Source: Telmatospirillum sp. (GTDB lineage: Bacteria; Pseudomonadota; Alphaproteobacteria; CACIAM-22H2). Taken from it: DNA of 64,000 bases. The position numbers and the translations under genes are program-made. The stretch spans positions 22,552 through 86,551 of the forward strand of contig JADCGL010000009.1 in assembly GCA_020248985.1 (NCBI GenBank), given 5' to 3'. The notes under the pieces are model-generated. The model was not told the origin of the DNA. It did no database searches and saw nothing but the letters and a program-made list of their open reading frames with translations. Below, one piece after another: positions 48,893-59,200 of the stretch (position 1 is the first letter of the stretch; each line of letters begins with the position of its first letter).

Positions 48893-49835
48893 ATTCGACC
48901 TCAAGGGAAAACGCGTTTTTGTCGCCGGCCATCGCGGCATGGTGGGCTCGGCCATCGTGCGCCGACTCGCACGCGAAGACTGCACGGTGCTGACCGTGGC
49001 CAAAAGCGAGCTCGACCTCACGCGCCAGGACGCGGTCGAACGCTGGCTTGCCGCCCAGAAACCCGATGCGGTGTTTCTGGCGGCCGCACGCGTGGGCGGT
49101 ATCCACGCCAACAACACGCGCCCGGCCGATTTCTTGTTCCAGAACCTTGCGATCCAGAACGCCGTCATCGACGGTGCTTACAAGGCGGGCGTGCGCAAGC
49201 TCCTGTTCCTGGGCTCGACGTGCATCTATCCGCGCATGGCGCCGCAGCCGATCCACGAGGATTCGCTGCTGACCGGCCCGCTCGAGCCCACCAACGAATG
49301 GTACGCGGTCGCCAAGATCGCCGGCCTCAAAATGTGCCAGGCCTACAAGAAGCAGTACGGCGTGGATTTCATCGCCTGCATGCCGACCAATCTCTACGGC
49401 CCGCACGACAATTACGATCTCGAAATGAGCCACGTGCCCGCCGCCACGATCGTCAAGGTGCATCGCGCCAAACGCGACGGGCACCTAAGCATCCCCGTGT
49501 GGGGCGACGGCACGCCCTTGCGCGAATTCATGCATGTCGACGATCTGGCCGATGCATGCGTGTTCTTGATGCGCAACTATTCGGGGCTCGACGCGTTCAA
49601 TGTCGGCGTGGGCACCGACGTTTCGATCAAGACTTTCGTCGAAACCGTGTGCAAGGTGGCGGGCTATACGGGCACGCTTGCCTTCGACACGTCGCGCCCG
49701 AACGGCCCGCCGCGCAAACTGACCGACCCCTCGCGCCTGATGGCGCTCGGCTGGCGGCCCAAGATCGACCTCGAAACGGGCTTGGCCGACGCCTATCGCT
49801 GGTACGTCGAAAACGTCGCCGCGAAGGCTGCCTGA
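48876..49835 (+). CDS. fcl: GDP-L-fucose synthase (GDP-4-keto-6-deoxy-D-mannose 3,5-epimerase-4-reductase)
   Basis: The ATG at 48876 gives a 17-nt overlap with the gmd end. [34 protein letters not shown] and [11 protein letters not shown]. Confidence 0.93.
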   Translation: MTATPEFDLKGKRVFVAGHRGMVGSAIVRRLAREDCTVLTVAKSELDLTRQDAVERWLAAQKPDAVFLAAARVGGIHANNTRPADFLFQNLAIQNAVIDGAYKAGVRKLLFLGSTCIYPRMAPQPIHEDSLLTGPLEPTNEWYAVAKIAGLKMCQAYKKQYGVDFIACMPTNLYGPHDNYDLEMSHVPAATIVKVHRAKRDGHLSIPVWGDGTPLREFMHVDDLADACVFLMRNYSGLDAFNVGVGTDVSIKTFVETVCKVAGYTGTLAFDTSRPNGPPRKLTDPSRLMALGWRPKIDLETGLADAYRWYVENVAAKAA

Positions 49836-49891
49836 CCCTCTCGACAAGGGCGCGCGGGCAGTCTAAAAACGCGGGCCTTTGATGTCCTTGC

Positions 49892-49966
49892 TGGGGCGTC
49901 GCCAAGCGGTAAGGCATCGGTTTTTGGTACCGACATACCTAGGTTCGAATCCTAGCGCCCCAGCCA
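49892..49966 (+). tRNA. tRNA-Gln: tRNA-Gln (anticodon UUG), CCA encoded
   Basis: 75 nt: TGGGGCGTCGCCAAGCGGTAAGGCATCGGTTTTTGGTACCGACATACCTAGGTTCGAATCCTAGCGCCCCAGCCA. The cloverleaf folds by hand: 7-bp acceptor stem, anticodon stem TCGGT/ACCGA with loop TTTTGGT, and T arm CTAGG-TTCGAAT-CCTAG. Closely resembles E. coli tRNA-Gln(UUG). Confidence 0.95.
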
Positions 49967-50042
49967 AACTCCTCCCCGAGCCGCCTCTGGATTCGGCGCG
50001 CGGTGCGGCGCAAGATTGCGCGAAGCAAGGGGGGCGACAAAC

Positions 50043-51629
50043 ATGACACTGCGCTTTCGAGCGGCGGCGATTCTCGCCGCATGCCTGTACACAAGTGGGG
50101 CGGATGCCGCGTTCGATCCGGCCAATGCCTATCGCGAGGCGCCCGCGGTGGCGGCACGCTTTCCGGCCATCGAAGTGCCGGAGGCGATCCCGAGCCTCGC
50201 ACCTGGCAAAACGGATTTCACGTCCCATGCCGAGCTGATGGCGTATGTGCGTGCACTTGCCGCACAAGCGCCCGCACTGCGCGTCGATGCAAGTGCGCGC
50301 TCGCAGCAGGGCCGCGAAATTCCCGTACTGCTGCTGTCGCGCGACCATGCTGCCATCGGTTCGGGCGCCAAGCCCGTGGCGTTTGCGATCGGCCAGCAGC
50401 ACGGCAACGAGCCTGCCGGGGCCGAAGCGCTGCTCGTCCTCGCCCGCCGCCTGGCGACGGGCAATCTCGCGCCGCTGCTCGACCGCATCGACGTGGTGCT
50501 GGTCCCGCGCGCCAACCCGGACGGCGGCGAAGCTTTCCTGCGCGGCCTTCGGAACGACATCGACGTCAACCGCGACCACACCTTGCTGCGCACGCCGGAG
50601 GGCCAAGCGCTCGGCGCCTTGTTCGTGCGCTATCGCCCGCAGCTGGTACTCGACTGCCACGAATTCACGGTCGCCGGACGCTGGGTCGAAAAGGTCGGCG
50701 GGCTCGTGCGCATCGACGCGATGATCCAGTACGCGACCGTCCCCAATCTTGCACCGAGCCTGATCGCCGCGCAGTCCGAGCGCTTCTTGCCCGTGTTGCG
50801 CGCCGCGTTCGACGCCAAGGGCCTGCTGCACGACTGGTACTACACGACCGACGGCAGTCGCCGCGACTCGCCCGTGGCGATGGGCGGGATCGGGCCCGAC
50901 ACCGGGCGCAACGTCGCGGGCCTGCGCAATGCGGTGAGCTTCCTGCTGGAGACGCGCGGCGTCGGGCTCGGGCGGGCGCATCTGGAACGGCGCATCGCAA
51001 CGCACCTCGCCGCAGCCGAAGCGCTGCTGCAGGAAGCCGCCCGCGATCCGGGTGCGTTGCTGGCCGTCTCCGCGCGCGCGGGCGAGGAGATGCGCCGTTC
51101 GACCGCACCGATCGTCGTCGCAGCCCGGCCTGCCGCCCAGGCGCGCGACATGCTGTTTGTCGATCCGACGACGGGGGCTGACCGACCGGTCACTGTTTCG
51201 TGGCTGTCCGCACTCGATATCGAGCCGCTGCTGGCACGCCCGCGCGCCGCAGGCTACGCGATCCCGGCGGCACAGACGGCGGCGATCGCGACATTGCAGC
51301 GCGCGGGCATCGAATTGCGCACGGTCGAGACGCCGACATCGCGCGCAGGCGCTCTGTATCGCGTGCAGGCGATCGCCGAGGGCGCCAAAGAGGACGGGCG
51401 CGGCAGCGACACCGGTGCGGGCGCCATCGTCAAAGGTACCTACGGGCTCGAGAGGACCACGGTGGCGCTGGCCCCAGGCGATGTATTTGCGCCGAGCGAT
51501 CAGCCGCTTGCCGGCCTGCTGTTCGCGCTGCTCGAACCCGAAAACGACGCGGGCCTCGTCGCCAACCGGCTACTGCCGGCCGTCATCGGCCAAACGCTGC
51601 CGCTGTTCCGCCTCGACGCGGCGCCCTAA
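50043..51629 (+). CDS. M14-family zinc carboxypeptidase, secreted
   Basis: The ATG is at 50043. Signal MTLRFRAAAILAACLYTSGADA. Zinc motif QQHGNEPAG (HxxE), then NPDG, DVNRDH and LDCHEF. Confidence 0.8.
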   Translation: MTLRFRAAAILAACLYTSGADAAFDPANAYREAPAVAARFPAIEVPEAIPSLAPGKTDFTSHAELMAYVRALAAQAPALRVDASARSQQGREIPVLLLSRDHAAIGSGAKPVAFAIGQQHGNEPAGAEALLVLARRLATGNLAPLLDRIDVVLVPRANPDGGEAFLRGLRNDIDVNRDHTLLRTPEGQALGALFVRYRPQLVLDCHEFTVAGRWVEKVGGLVRIDAMIQYATVPNLAPSLIAAQSERFLPVLRAAFDAKGLLHDWYYTTDGSRRDSPVAMGGIGPDTGRNVAGLRNAVSFLLETRGVGLGRAHLERRIATHLAAAEALLQEAARDPGALLAVSARAGEEMRRSTAPIVVAARPAAQARDMLFVDPTTGADRPVTVSWLSALDIEPLLARPRAAGYAIPAAQTAAIATLQRAGIELRTVETPTSRAGALYRVQAIAEGAKEDGRGSDTGAGAIVKGTYGLERTTVALAPGDVFAPSDQPLAGLLFALLEPENDAGLVANRLLPAVIGQTLPLFRLDAAP

Positions 51630-52249
51630 AGCGTTCGCACGACGCCACCGGCTGCGGCGGCGTCTTGACTGTCGTGCGTCACCATCAAGCAGGGCAGCTT
51701 GCGCTCGCGCACATGTGCGAACACGAAATCGCGCATCTGCGCGCGCAAATCCGCGTCGAGCTTGCCGAACGGCTCGTCGAGCAGGATCGCCGCAGGCTCG
51801 GCCAGCAAGGCGCGCATGAGGGCCACGCGCTGGCGCTGACCGCCCGACAAGGTTGCCGGATCGCGCGCGGCAAAACCCGCCAAGCCGGCCGCTTCGAGCG
51901 CTTGGTCGATGCGCGCGCGGCGGTCTTTAACGTCGGCGCGCAGGCCGAAGCCGAGATTGGCGCCGACCGACAGATGCGGAAACAAGAGATCGTCTTGGAA
52001 CAGAATGCCGATGCGGCGACGTTCGGGCGGCAAGCCGGATATCTCAATGCCGTCGAGCCGCACCGATCCGCTTGCCGCAAGGCCCGGTGCCAAGGTGCCG
52101 CAGGCATAGGCGAGCAGGCTCGATTTGCCCGAACCCGAAGCGCCCATCACGGTCGCGATTTCGCCGGGGGCGAGCGCAAGCGAAAAATCCGCGACCAGCA
52201 CGCGCGCACCCGCCGCGAGGCGTACATGCTCGAACACAAGGCCGCTCAT
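51626..52249 (-). CDS. ABC transporter ATP-binding protein (YnjD-like)
   Basis: Trimmed to the ATG at 52249, an ATGA overlap with the permease stop. Walker A GASGSGKSS, LSGGQRQRVALMRAL, ILLDEPFGKLD. Confidence 0.9.
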   Translation of the reverse strand: MSGLVFEHVRLAAGARVLVADFSLALAPGEIATVMGASGSGKSSLLAYACGTLAPGLAASGSVRLDGIEISGLPPERRRIGILFQDDLLFPHLSVGANLGFGLRADVKDRRARIDQALEAAGLAGFAARDPATLSGGQRQRVALMRALLAEPAAILLDEPFGKLDADLRAQMRDFVFAHVRERKLPCLMVTHDSQDAAAAGGVVRTL

Positions 52250-53922
52250 CGCAGCCCCCGGCGGTTGCGAAACGCAAATGCAGGGATGGCCAGAGCCAAG
52301 CCGAAAGCCAGCAGCGGCAGCAGTGCTTGTAAAAACGCGTAGACGCCGACGATGCGCCGGTCGCCGCCCGAGGCGAGCGACACGGCCTCGGTCGCAAGGC
52401 TCGTGAGCCGGCCTCCGCCGCCGAGTACGGTCGGCAAATAGAGCCCGATGCTGACGGCAAAGCCGACGGCCGCCGCGACCAGCAGGGGGCGCAGCAGCAG
52501 CGGCAGGCGCACGGCGAAGAAAACGCGCCACGGGGCAGCGCCCAAACACGCGGCAAGCTTGGCATAGCGCGGGTCGAGAGCGCGCCACGGATCGGCCAGC
52601 ACCAGGAACACATAGGGCAGCACGAACAGCAGATGGAACCACACGAGGGCACCCCATGTGCCGTCCCAGCCCAGCCGCACCAGCAGGCTTTGCGCGCCGA
52701 GAAGGAACGATATCTGCGGCACCAAGAGCGGCAGATAGAGCGCCCACAAGGCCGAGGGCCCTGCCGCACGCTGGCGACGCGACTCGTTTTCGAGACACAG
52801 ACACACGAGCACGAGGGCCGCCAGCGTCACGGCGGCCGCGACCGACAGGGTTGTGAGCGCAGGTTCGGCAAGGCGGCTGGCCGCACGCATCCAATTGTCG
52901 AAGCTCCAGCGCTCGGGCAATGCGTGCGGAAAGCGCCACGCCGCCGCGACCGACCACAGCGCCATCGCCGCGATGCAGACGGCATTGATCGCGGCGACGG
53001 CGAGCAATGCCGCGCGCGCAACGGGCGCAACTCGTTCAAGTGCGCGCCCGCGCGTGCCGTCGGCGAGCCACGGGCGTGCCACGCGCGCAACCGACGCTTC
53101 GCCCAGCCGCCAAATTCCGATCGCAACCGCGACCAGCAGCAGCTGAAGGCTCGCCGCCGCCATCGCCGGCAAAAACAGATCGAGCAGCGGATCGTTGGCC
53201 CAGCGCACCGCCAGGACCGCCAAGGGCGGCGGGTTCGAGGGCCCGAGGATCAAGGCCACATCCACCGCAGACAGCGAAAACGCCAGCACCGCATAGATCG
53301 GCAAGCGGATCTGCGGATAGAGCTGCGGCAGGATTGCTTTGAGCCACGCGGCAAACGGCGAATAGCCGAGCGTGCGCGCCGTCGCCATCGTGGCAGTCGC
53401 GGCGATCTGGCCGTGGGCGGCAACGGCCATCAGCAGTAGATAGGGCGCTTCCTTGAGGACCAGGCCCAGCACGAGCGCAACGCCCGCCGCATCGCCCACG
53501 CTCGCGAAATCGGGCGGGCGCGTCCAGCCGGTGAACTCCGGCGACACGAGCCGCACGAGCCAGCCTGAGGGGGCAATCAGAAACGCAAAACCGAGGGCTA
53601 TGGCCGCGTGCGGTGTCGCGAGCAATGGGGCCAACAGCCGCTCCGCACTGCGGAAGATCGGTCGCCCATGCGCGGCCGCACAAAAGCCCAAGGCAAGCCC
53701 AAGTGAAACCAGGCTCGCGGCAAACCCGGTGCCGAGAGTCAAGGCGACGCTGCTTGCCAAGCCCGGCTGGTCGAACAGCCGCGCGAAAATCCGCAACCCG
53801 ATTTGCGTTTCGCCCAAGGCCGGCAGATAGCCGAAGGACGGCAGCAGCGTGAAAACCAGGCCCGCCGCAACCGGCCCCAAGAACAGCGCAAGCGTCAGAT
53901 AGGGGACAAAACCAAGCGCCAT
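52246..53922 (-). CDS. ABC transporter permease with duplicated (two-domain) architecture (YnjC/ThiP-like)
   Basis: 558 aa, about 12 TM segments in two similar halves. It sits between the binding-protein and ATPase genes. Confidence 0.8.
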   Translation of the reverse strand: MALGFVPYLTLALFLGPVAAGLVFTLLPSFGYLPALGETQIGLRIFARLFDQPGLASSVALTLGTGFAASLVSLGLALGFCAAAHGRPIFRSAERLLAPLLATPHAAIALGFAFLIAPSGWLVRLVSPEFTGWTRPPDFASVGDAAGVALVLGLVLKEAPYLLLMAVAAHGQIAATATMATARTLGYSPFAAWLKAILPQLYPQIRLPIYAVLAFSLSAVDVALILGPSNPPPLAVLAVRWANDPLLDLFLPAMAAASLQLLLVAVAIGIWRLGEASVARVARPWLADGTRGRALERVAPVARAALLAVAAINAVCIAAMALWSVAAAWRFPHALPERWSFDNWMRAASRLAEPALTTLSVAAAVTLAALVLVCLCLENESRRQRAAGPSALWALYLPLLVPQISFLLGAQSLLVRLGWDGTWGALVWFHLLFVLPYVFLVLADPWRALDPRYAKLAACLGAAPWRVFFAVRLPLLLRPLLVAAAVGFAVSIGLYLPTVLGGGGRLTSLATEAVSLASGGDRRIVGVYAFLQALLPLLAFGLALAIPAFAFRNRRGLR

Positions 53923-53923
53923 A

Positions 53924-55126
53924 TCAGCCGGTATAGCGCCGTTCCCAATCGGCGGCGATTCGCGTCATCCAGCTTGGATGCGGCTCGGGCAGCACGCGCC
54001 CGAGCTCGGCGGGTGCGGGCATGCCCGCGATCGGCGGGATGGCGGCGAAAAAGCGGCGTCCGTCTTCCGGCAGCCTTGCGATGTCGAGCACGCTCGGATT
54101 GCCGAGCTGGCGCGGATCGCTCATGCGGGCTTGCGCTTCCGGTCCCATCAGAAAGTCGGACACGACCATCGCGGCGGCCCGGTTGGCGGCGTTGTAGGGG
54201 ATCGCCACGAAGCTCGTATTGCCGATGGTGCCGGCCGCCATCGTGTAGACGCGCGCGGTCTTGGGCAGCAATTCGTTGGCGATCGACACGGCCGCTTCGG
54301 CCGGGTTGAACGATACCATCAGATCAATCTCGCCGTCGTTCAAGAGCTGGCGCTGGGCGGGCCCGCTATCCGGGAATTGGCGGCCCTGGCGCCACAAAGC
54401 CGGGCGCAGCGCATCGTACCAGCGCCACAAGGGTGCGACCGTCGCTTCGTAGTCGCCGCCTGCCGCGCGCTGCAGCACCGACGGATCGGGTACCAATTCA
54501 AACAAGGCCTGTTTCAGGAATGTTGCGCCGAGGAAATTGCGCACGGCCGGATGCGTGGTGCGCCCCGGATTGGCAAGCGCCCAATCGCGCAAGGCCGGGA
54601 TCGAGCGCGGCGGATTTGCCAGCCGCGCGGAATCGTAGACATAGACGATCTGCGCCATGCGCCAAGGGGCCGCGTAGCCTTCGACGGGTACCGTGAAATC
54701 GACGATCGTCGACGGCTTGGCGGCCGTATCGACATAGCGAAAATTCGGCAGCGTCTGCGCAAACGGCCCGAACAACAAGCCGCGTTCTTTCATGGCGAGA
54801 AAATTCGGGCCGTTGATCCAGATGAGATCGACCGCCCCGCCCGCATCGCGACCCGCCGCCTTTTCGGCGATCACGCGCTGCACGGCCTCGGCCGTGTCGC
54901 GCAGCTTCACATGACGCAGATCGATGCCGAACTCGGCGCGCACGCGCGCGGCCGTCCATTCGACAAACGCGTTCGTGCGCTCGTCCCCGCCCCATGCGTT
55001 GAAGAACACCGGTTTGCCGCGCGCTTGGGCCAATGTGTCGGACCACGACGCGAGGCCTTGCGCGCGAACGGGCGAAGCTGCGGCGGCGGCAGCAAGTGCC
55101 AGAAACGTTCGACGGTCGAGAATCAT
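53924..55126 (-). CDS. ABC transporter substrate-binding protein (YnjB-like), Tat-type signal
   Basis: I trimmed the track ORF 53924..56212 to the ATG at 55126. Leader MILDRRTFLALAAAAAASPVRAQG. Sequence FFNAWGGDERTN.F..W and IWINGPNF, as remembered for YnjB-type proteins. Confidence 0.7.
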   Translation of the reverse strand: MILDRRTFLALAAAAAASPVRAQGLASWSDTLAQARGKPVFFNAWGGDERTNAFVEWTAARVRAEFGIDLRHVKLRDTAEAVQRVIAEKAAGRDAGGAVDLIWINGPNFLAMKERGLLFGPFAQTLPNFRYVDTAAKPSTIVDFTVPVEGYAAPWRMAQIVYVYDSARLANPPRSIPALRDWALANPGRTTHPAVRNFLGATFLKQALFELVPDPSVLQRAAGGDYEATVAPLWRWYDALRPALWRQGRQFPDSGPAQRQLLNDGEIDLMVSFNPAEAAVSIANELLPKTARVYTMAAGTIGNTSFVAIPYNAANRAAAMVVSDFLMGPEAQARMSDPRQLGNPSVLDIARLPEDGRRFFAAIPPIAGMPAPAELGRVLPEPHPSWMTRIAADWERRYTG

Positions 55127-56178
55127 TTCGCGATCTCCAGCTTTGCCGCACGACGGCGTTCGGCGGCGGCGGCAAGGCGCGGGGCCAGCACTTCTTCGTG
55201 GAAACGATCGCAGCCGATGCAGAGATTGGCGTAAGGCTTGCCGGTCGGTGTGGTGGTCGCGGATTTGGCACGGAATTTTTCGACCGACCAGCCATCGGCC
55301 AGCCCCATGCGATCGGGCGTACCGGCTGAGATTGCCTGGAAAGCCGGATCGTTTGCCAGCGAGTCCAGAATCTCGATGAGCGTGTCTTGCTGCAGATTGC
55401 CGATCGGCATTTTGGTTTTCATGCAGCACGGATAGACGTCGCCATTGGGCTCGATCGACACTTCCGAGCCCGAATAGCCGTAGCGCAGAAAATCGATGCC
55501 GCCCGACCAGCGGCCGCAGAAATTGTCGTCGAGCGTTGCGGTCGAAAGTCCGTTGCTCCAAGCCCGGCCGCGCGGCCAGATTTTGCCGATCCAGGCATCG
55601 GGGGTCGCACCGAAAAAGCTGAAGAGCGGCCCCGCCTCGTCGAGCCAATTGCGGTTCTGCGCCGCGAGGCCCGACGCGGCCATGCCGCGCGATTCGAACA
55701 GGCGCGTGAGCTCGTCTTTGAGGCGTTCGGGATCGATATTGACGTGGAAATCGTCGAGCCCGGCGCAGGACAGCATCCAGATTCCGCGCTCGAGGAGATC
55801 GTCGAGAATGCGCGGCGTCACAAGATCGCCCGTCGTCTGGACGACGATCTTGACGCCGCCCTTGTCGCGATAGCGCGCCTGCAGCCGCTCGATGACCTTG
55901 TAAGTGACGTTCTCGCGAATCGGATCGAGCAGCGATTCGCCGCCCGACAGAATGATGCGTCCGGTTTTTTCGGGCAGCGTGCCGTCGGCGCGCGGTGCCG
56001 TACGGTCGCGATAGACCATGCGTTCGGGCAAGGCATCGACGATACGCGGGAAGGCCGCGACCGCTTCGGCCAGCACGCCCTTCATCTCTTCGGCGTTGTA
56101 GGGCCGGAAGCGCTCTTCGTAGCAATGTTTGCAGCGCCGGTGGCAGGCCCAGCTGACGACGTAGTAGATCGATTCCAT
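55123..56178 (-). CDS. Radical SAM enzyme with a Cys-rich SPASM/twitch-like C-terminal region
   Basis: I trimmed the track ORF 55123..56547 to the ATG at 56178. CX3CX2C (ACHRRCKHCY), GGE motif (ILSGGESLLDP), and C-terminal NGDVYPCCMKTKMPIGNL plus LCIGCDRFH. Its stop overlaps the binding-protein start as ATGA. Confidence 0.8.
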   Translation of the reverse strand: MESIYYVVSWACHRRCKHCYEERFRPYNAEEMKGVLAEAVAAFPRIVDALPERMVYRDRTAPRADGTLPEKTGRIILSGGESLLDPIRENVTYKVIERLQARYRDKGGVKIVVQTTGDLVTPRILDDLLERGIWMLSCAGLDDFHVNIDPERLKDELTRLFESRGMAASGLAAQNRNWLDEAGPLFSFFGATPDAWIGKIWPRGRAWSNGLSTATLDDNFCGRWSGGIDFLRYGYSGSEVSIEPNGDVYPCCMKTKMPIGNLQQDTLIEILDSLANDPAFQAISAGTPDRMGLADGWSVEKFRAKSATTTPTGKPYANLCIGCDRFHEEVLAPRLAAAAERRRAAKLEIAK

Positions 56179-56285
56179 CGGTTCCCCGCGATATCTCCTC
56201 GCCGTTTCGCAAACGCGAAGCGACAAGTTACACGCGATTATGGCGGCCCCATGGCGCGGCCGCCAGGGGGCTTCGCGGCAACGCC

Positions 56286-59200
56286 TTATTCGGCGGCCAC
56301 AGCCGCCATTTTCGGCGCGGACGCCGCAACTTGCTGAGGCCGCTTCACGCGGAACCACGCCGCATAGAGGGCCGGCAGGAAGCTCACCGTCAGCAGGGTT
56401 GCGACAACGAGCCCGCCCATCATGGCGGCCGACATCGGCCCCCAGAACACGTTGCGGGTGAGCGGAATCAGCGCCAGGATCGCAGCCGCCGCGGTCAGCA
56501 TGATCGGCCGGAATCGTGCCACGGTCGATTCGACGATCGCCGTCCACGCATCGTGCCCGGCCGCAATCTCGCGCTCGATCTGGTCCACCAGAATGACCGA
56601 ATTGCGCATGATCATGCCCGACAGCGCAATCACACCGAGGATCGCCGTGAAGCCGAACGGCAGCTGGAAAACCAGCAAGGCTCCTGCGGCCCCGATGATG
56701 CCCAAGGGTGCGGTCAGGAAGACCAGCATCGCGCGGCCGAAATGGTGGAGCTGCAGCATCAGCAGCACCAGGGTTGCGACCGCGACGAGCGGCAGATTGA
56801 CGAAGATCGAGGCTTGCGACTTCGCACTCTCCTCGACCGCCCCGCCCGCCTCAATCGTGTAGCCGGCCGGCAATTGGCGGCGCAGCGGTGCGAGTGCCGT
56901 ATCGATCGCCTTGGACACGTCCGGCGGCTGCACGCTGTCCGGCAGATTGGCCAGCACCGTGATCGTCGGCATGCGGTTGCGCCGCCACACGATACCGGCC
57001 TCGCTGTCGGGCACCAGGCGCGCGATCTGCGAGAGCGGGACCGAAACCCCGCTCGCCGCACGCACATAGATCTGCTCGAGGGCGGCCAAGGCCGTGCGCT
57101 CGTCGGCGGGTGCGCGCAGCAGAATCGGGATCACCGCATCGTCTTCCCGGTAGCCGCCGATTGCGACACCGGCGGTCACGCCGGCCAGCGTGCGTCGCAC
57201 GGTTTGCGAAGTGATGCCCAGTGCGCGCGCGCGGTCCTGGTCGATTGCGATGCGCAAGCTCGACACAGCCTCGCGCCAATCGTCGTGCACGTCGAACGTT
57301 GCGGGGTGTGCACGTACCTGATCTTTGACCGCGTCGGCGAATTTGCGCAAAACAGCCGGATCGTCGCCGCGCACGCGGAACTGCACGGGCCAGCCGACCG
57401 GCGGGCCGCTATTGAGACGATCCACGCGCCCGCGCACGCCCGCCGCATTGGCGCCAAGCTCAGCGCGGATGCGCGCGATCACCCGCTCGCGCGCCTCAAG
57501 ATCGGTTGTCAGCACGACTAGCTGGGCGAAGTTCGCGGTCTGCAGCTGCTGGTCGAGCGGCAGATAGAAGCGCGGGCTGCCGCCGCCCACATAGGTGGTC
57601 ACATTCACGATGTCGGGGTCGCCCGCCAGAGCGCGCTCGAGCTGCTTGGCCGCCGCTTCGCTTGCGGCAAAGCCACTGCCTTCGGGCAGCCATAGTTCGA
57701 CCATCGCTTCGGCGCGGTTCGAGGCCGGGAAAAACTGCTTGGGCACGATGCCGAGCCCGGCGATCCCGGCCGCGAATAACAAACCTGTCACGACGATCAC
57801 AGACCAGCGATAGCGCAGGCACGCATCGACGAAGGCGCGCACAGCGCGATAGAAGCGTGTGTCGAAAACGTCATGTGCGCTGTGCGCCTTGCGCTCGACC
57901 AGCAGCACGTAGCCCAAATACGGCGTGAAGAACACCGCCGCAAACCACGACACGACAAGGGCGATGCCGACCACAGCGAAGATCGAAAACGTGTATTCGC
58001 CGGCCGTCGATTTGGCGAGGCCGACCGGCAGAAAGCCCGCGACCGTGATCAGCGTGCCGGTCAGCATCGGCATCGCGGTCGAGGTGAAGGCGTAGGTCGC
58101 GGCCGCCGCCTTGTCCATCCCCTCTTCGAGTTTGCGGGCCATCATCTCAACCGCGATCATCGCGTCGTCGACGAGCAGGCCAAGGGCGATGATCAAAGCG
58201 CCCAGCGAGATTTTCTGCAGGGCGATGCCGAAATAGTCCATCGCCAGAAACGTGATCGCGAGCACGAGCGGGATCGTGAGCGCCACGACCACGCCGGTGC
58301 GCAGGCCCAGGCTCACGAAACTCACGACCAGCACGATCGCGATCGCCTCGAGAAGCGTGGTCAGAAACTCGCCGATATAGCGACCGACAATCTGCGGCTG
58401 GTCGGCAACCTTGCCGATCTCGAGCCCTAGCGGCATTTCGTCGCCGATGGCGGCAATGACGGCGTCGAGACGCGGGCCCAGCTCGACGACGTTGCCATCG
58501 CGCGCCATGACCACGCCGAGCCCGATCGCGTCGCGATTCTGGAAGCGCATGCGGAAGACCGGCGGGTCGACGTAGCCGCGCGTGACCTCGGCAATGTCGC
58601 CGAGCCTTATCGTCGCATCGCCTGCACGCAAGCGCAGCTCGGCGATTTCGGCCATGCGGTCCACGCCGCCTTCGACGCGCAAACGCACGTCGCGCGCCGC
58701 CGTGTTGACCGTACCCGCGGGCTCGACGTCGTTCTGGCCGCCGACCGCGCGCGCGATCGCGTCCACGTCGATGCCGAGCTGCGCCAGACGCCGGTTGGAG
58801 ACGGTCACGAAGATGCGCTCGGCCTGCTCGCCGATCACGTCGATCTTTTCCACGCCGCGCACGCGCAGCAACGCGTCGCGCAGCAGATCGGCTTGGTCTT
58901 TGAGCTGGCGATAGCCGTAGCCCTCGCCCGTCAGCGCGTAGATGGCGCTGTAGGTGTCGCCGAATTCGTCGTTGAAGAACGGGCCTTGCACGCCGGCGGG
59001 CAGCGTCGCGCCGATGTCGCCGATTTTCTTGCGCACCTGGTACCAGATGTCGGCGACCTGCTTGGGCGGCACATCCTGGCGCAGATTGACGAAGATCAGC
59101 GATTCGCCGGGCCGCGACGACGAACGCGTGAAATCGAGATAGGGCACTTCCTGGAGTTTGCGCTCAAGGCGCGCCGTGACTTGGTTCTGCACCTCGTCGG

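Noticed and set aside
49892-51629. tRNA-Gln as an integration site for a genomic island
   Set aside because: I found no integrase, no phage or IS genes, no visible repeat of the tRNA 3' end, and no obvious compositional shift downstream. The flanking genes are ordinary housekeeping or peptidase genes.
55127-56212. N-terminal extensions of track ORFs (53924..56212, 55123..56547, 51626..52957, 56286..59777, 31139..32314, 11905..13050, 12891..13934)
   Set aside because: The extensions are Arg/Pro-rich and overlap the upstream gene. In each case an internal ATG creates an ATGA or 1-nt junction with the preceding stop and gives the family-typical N-terminus.
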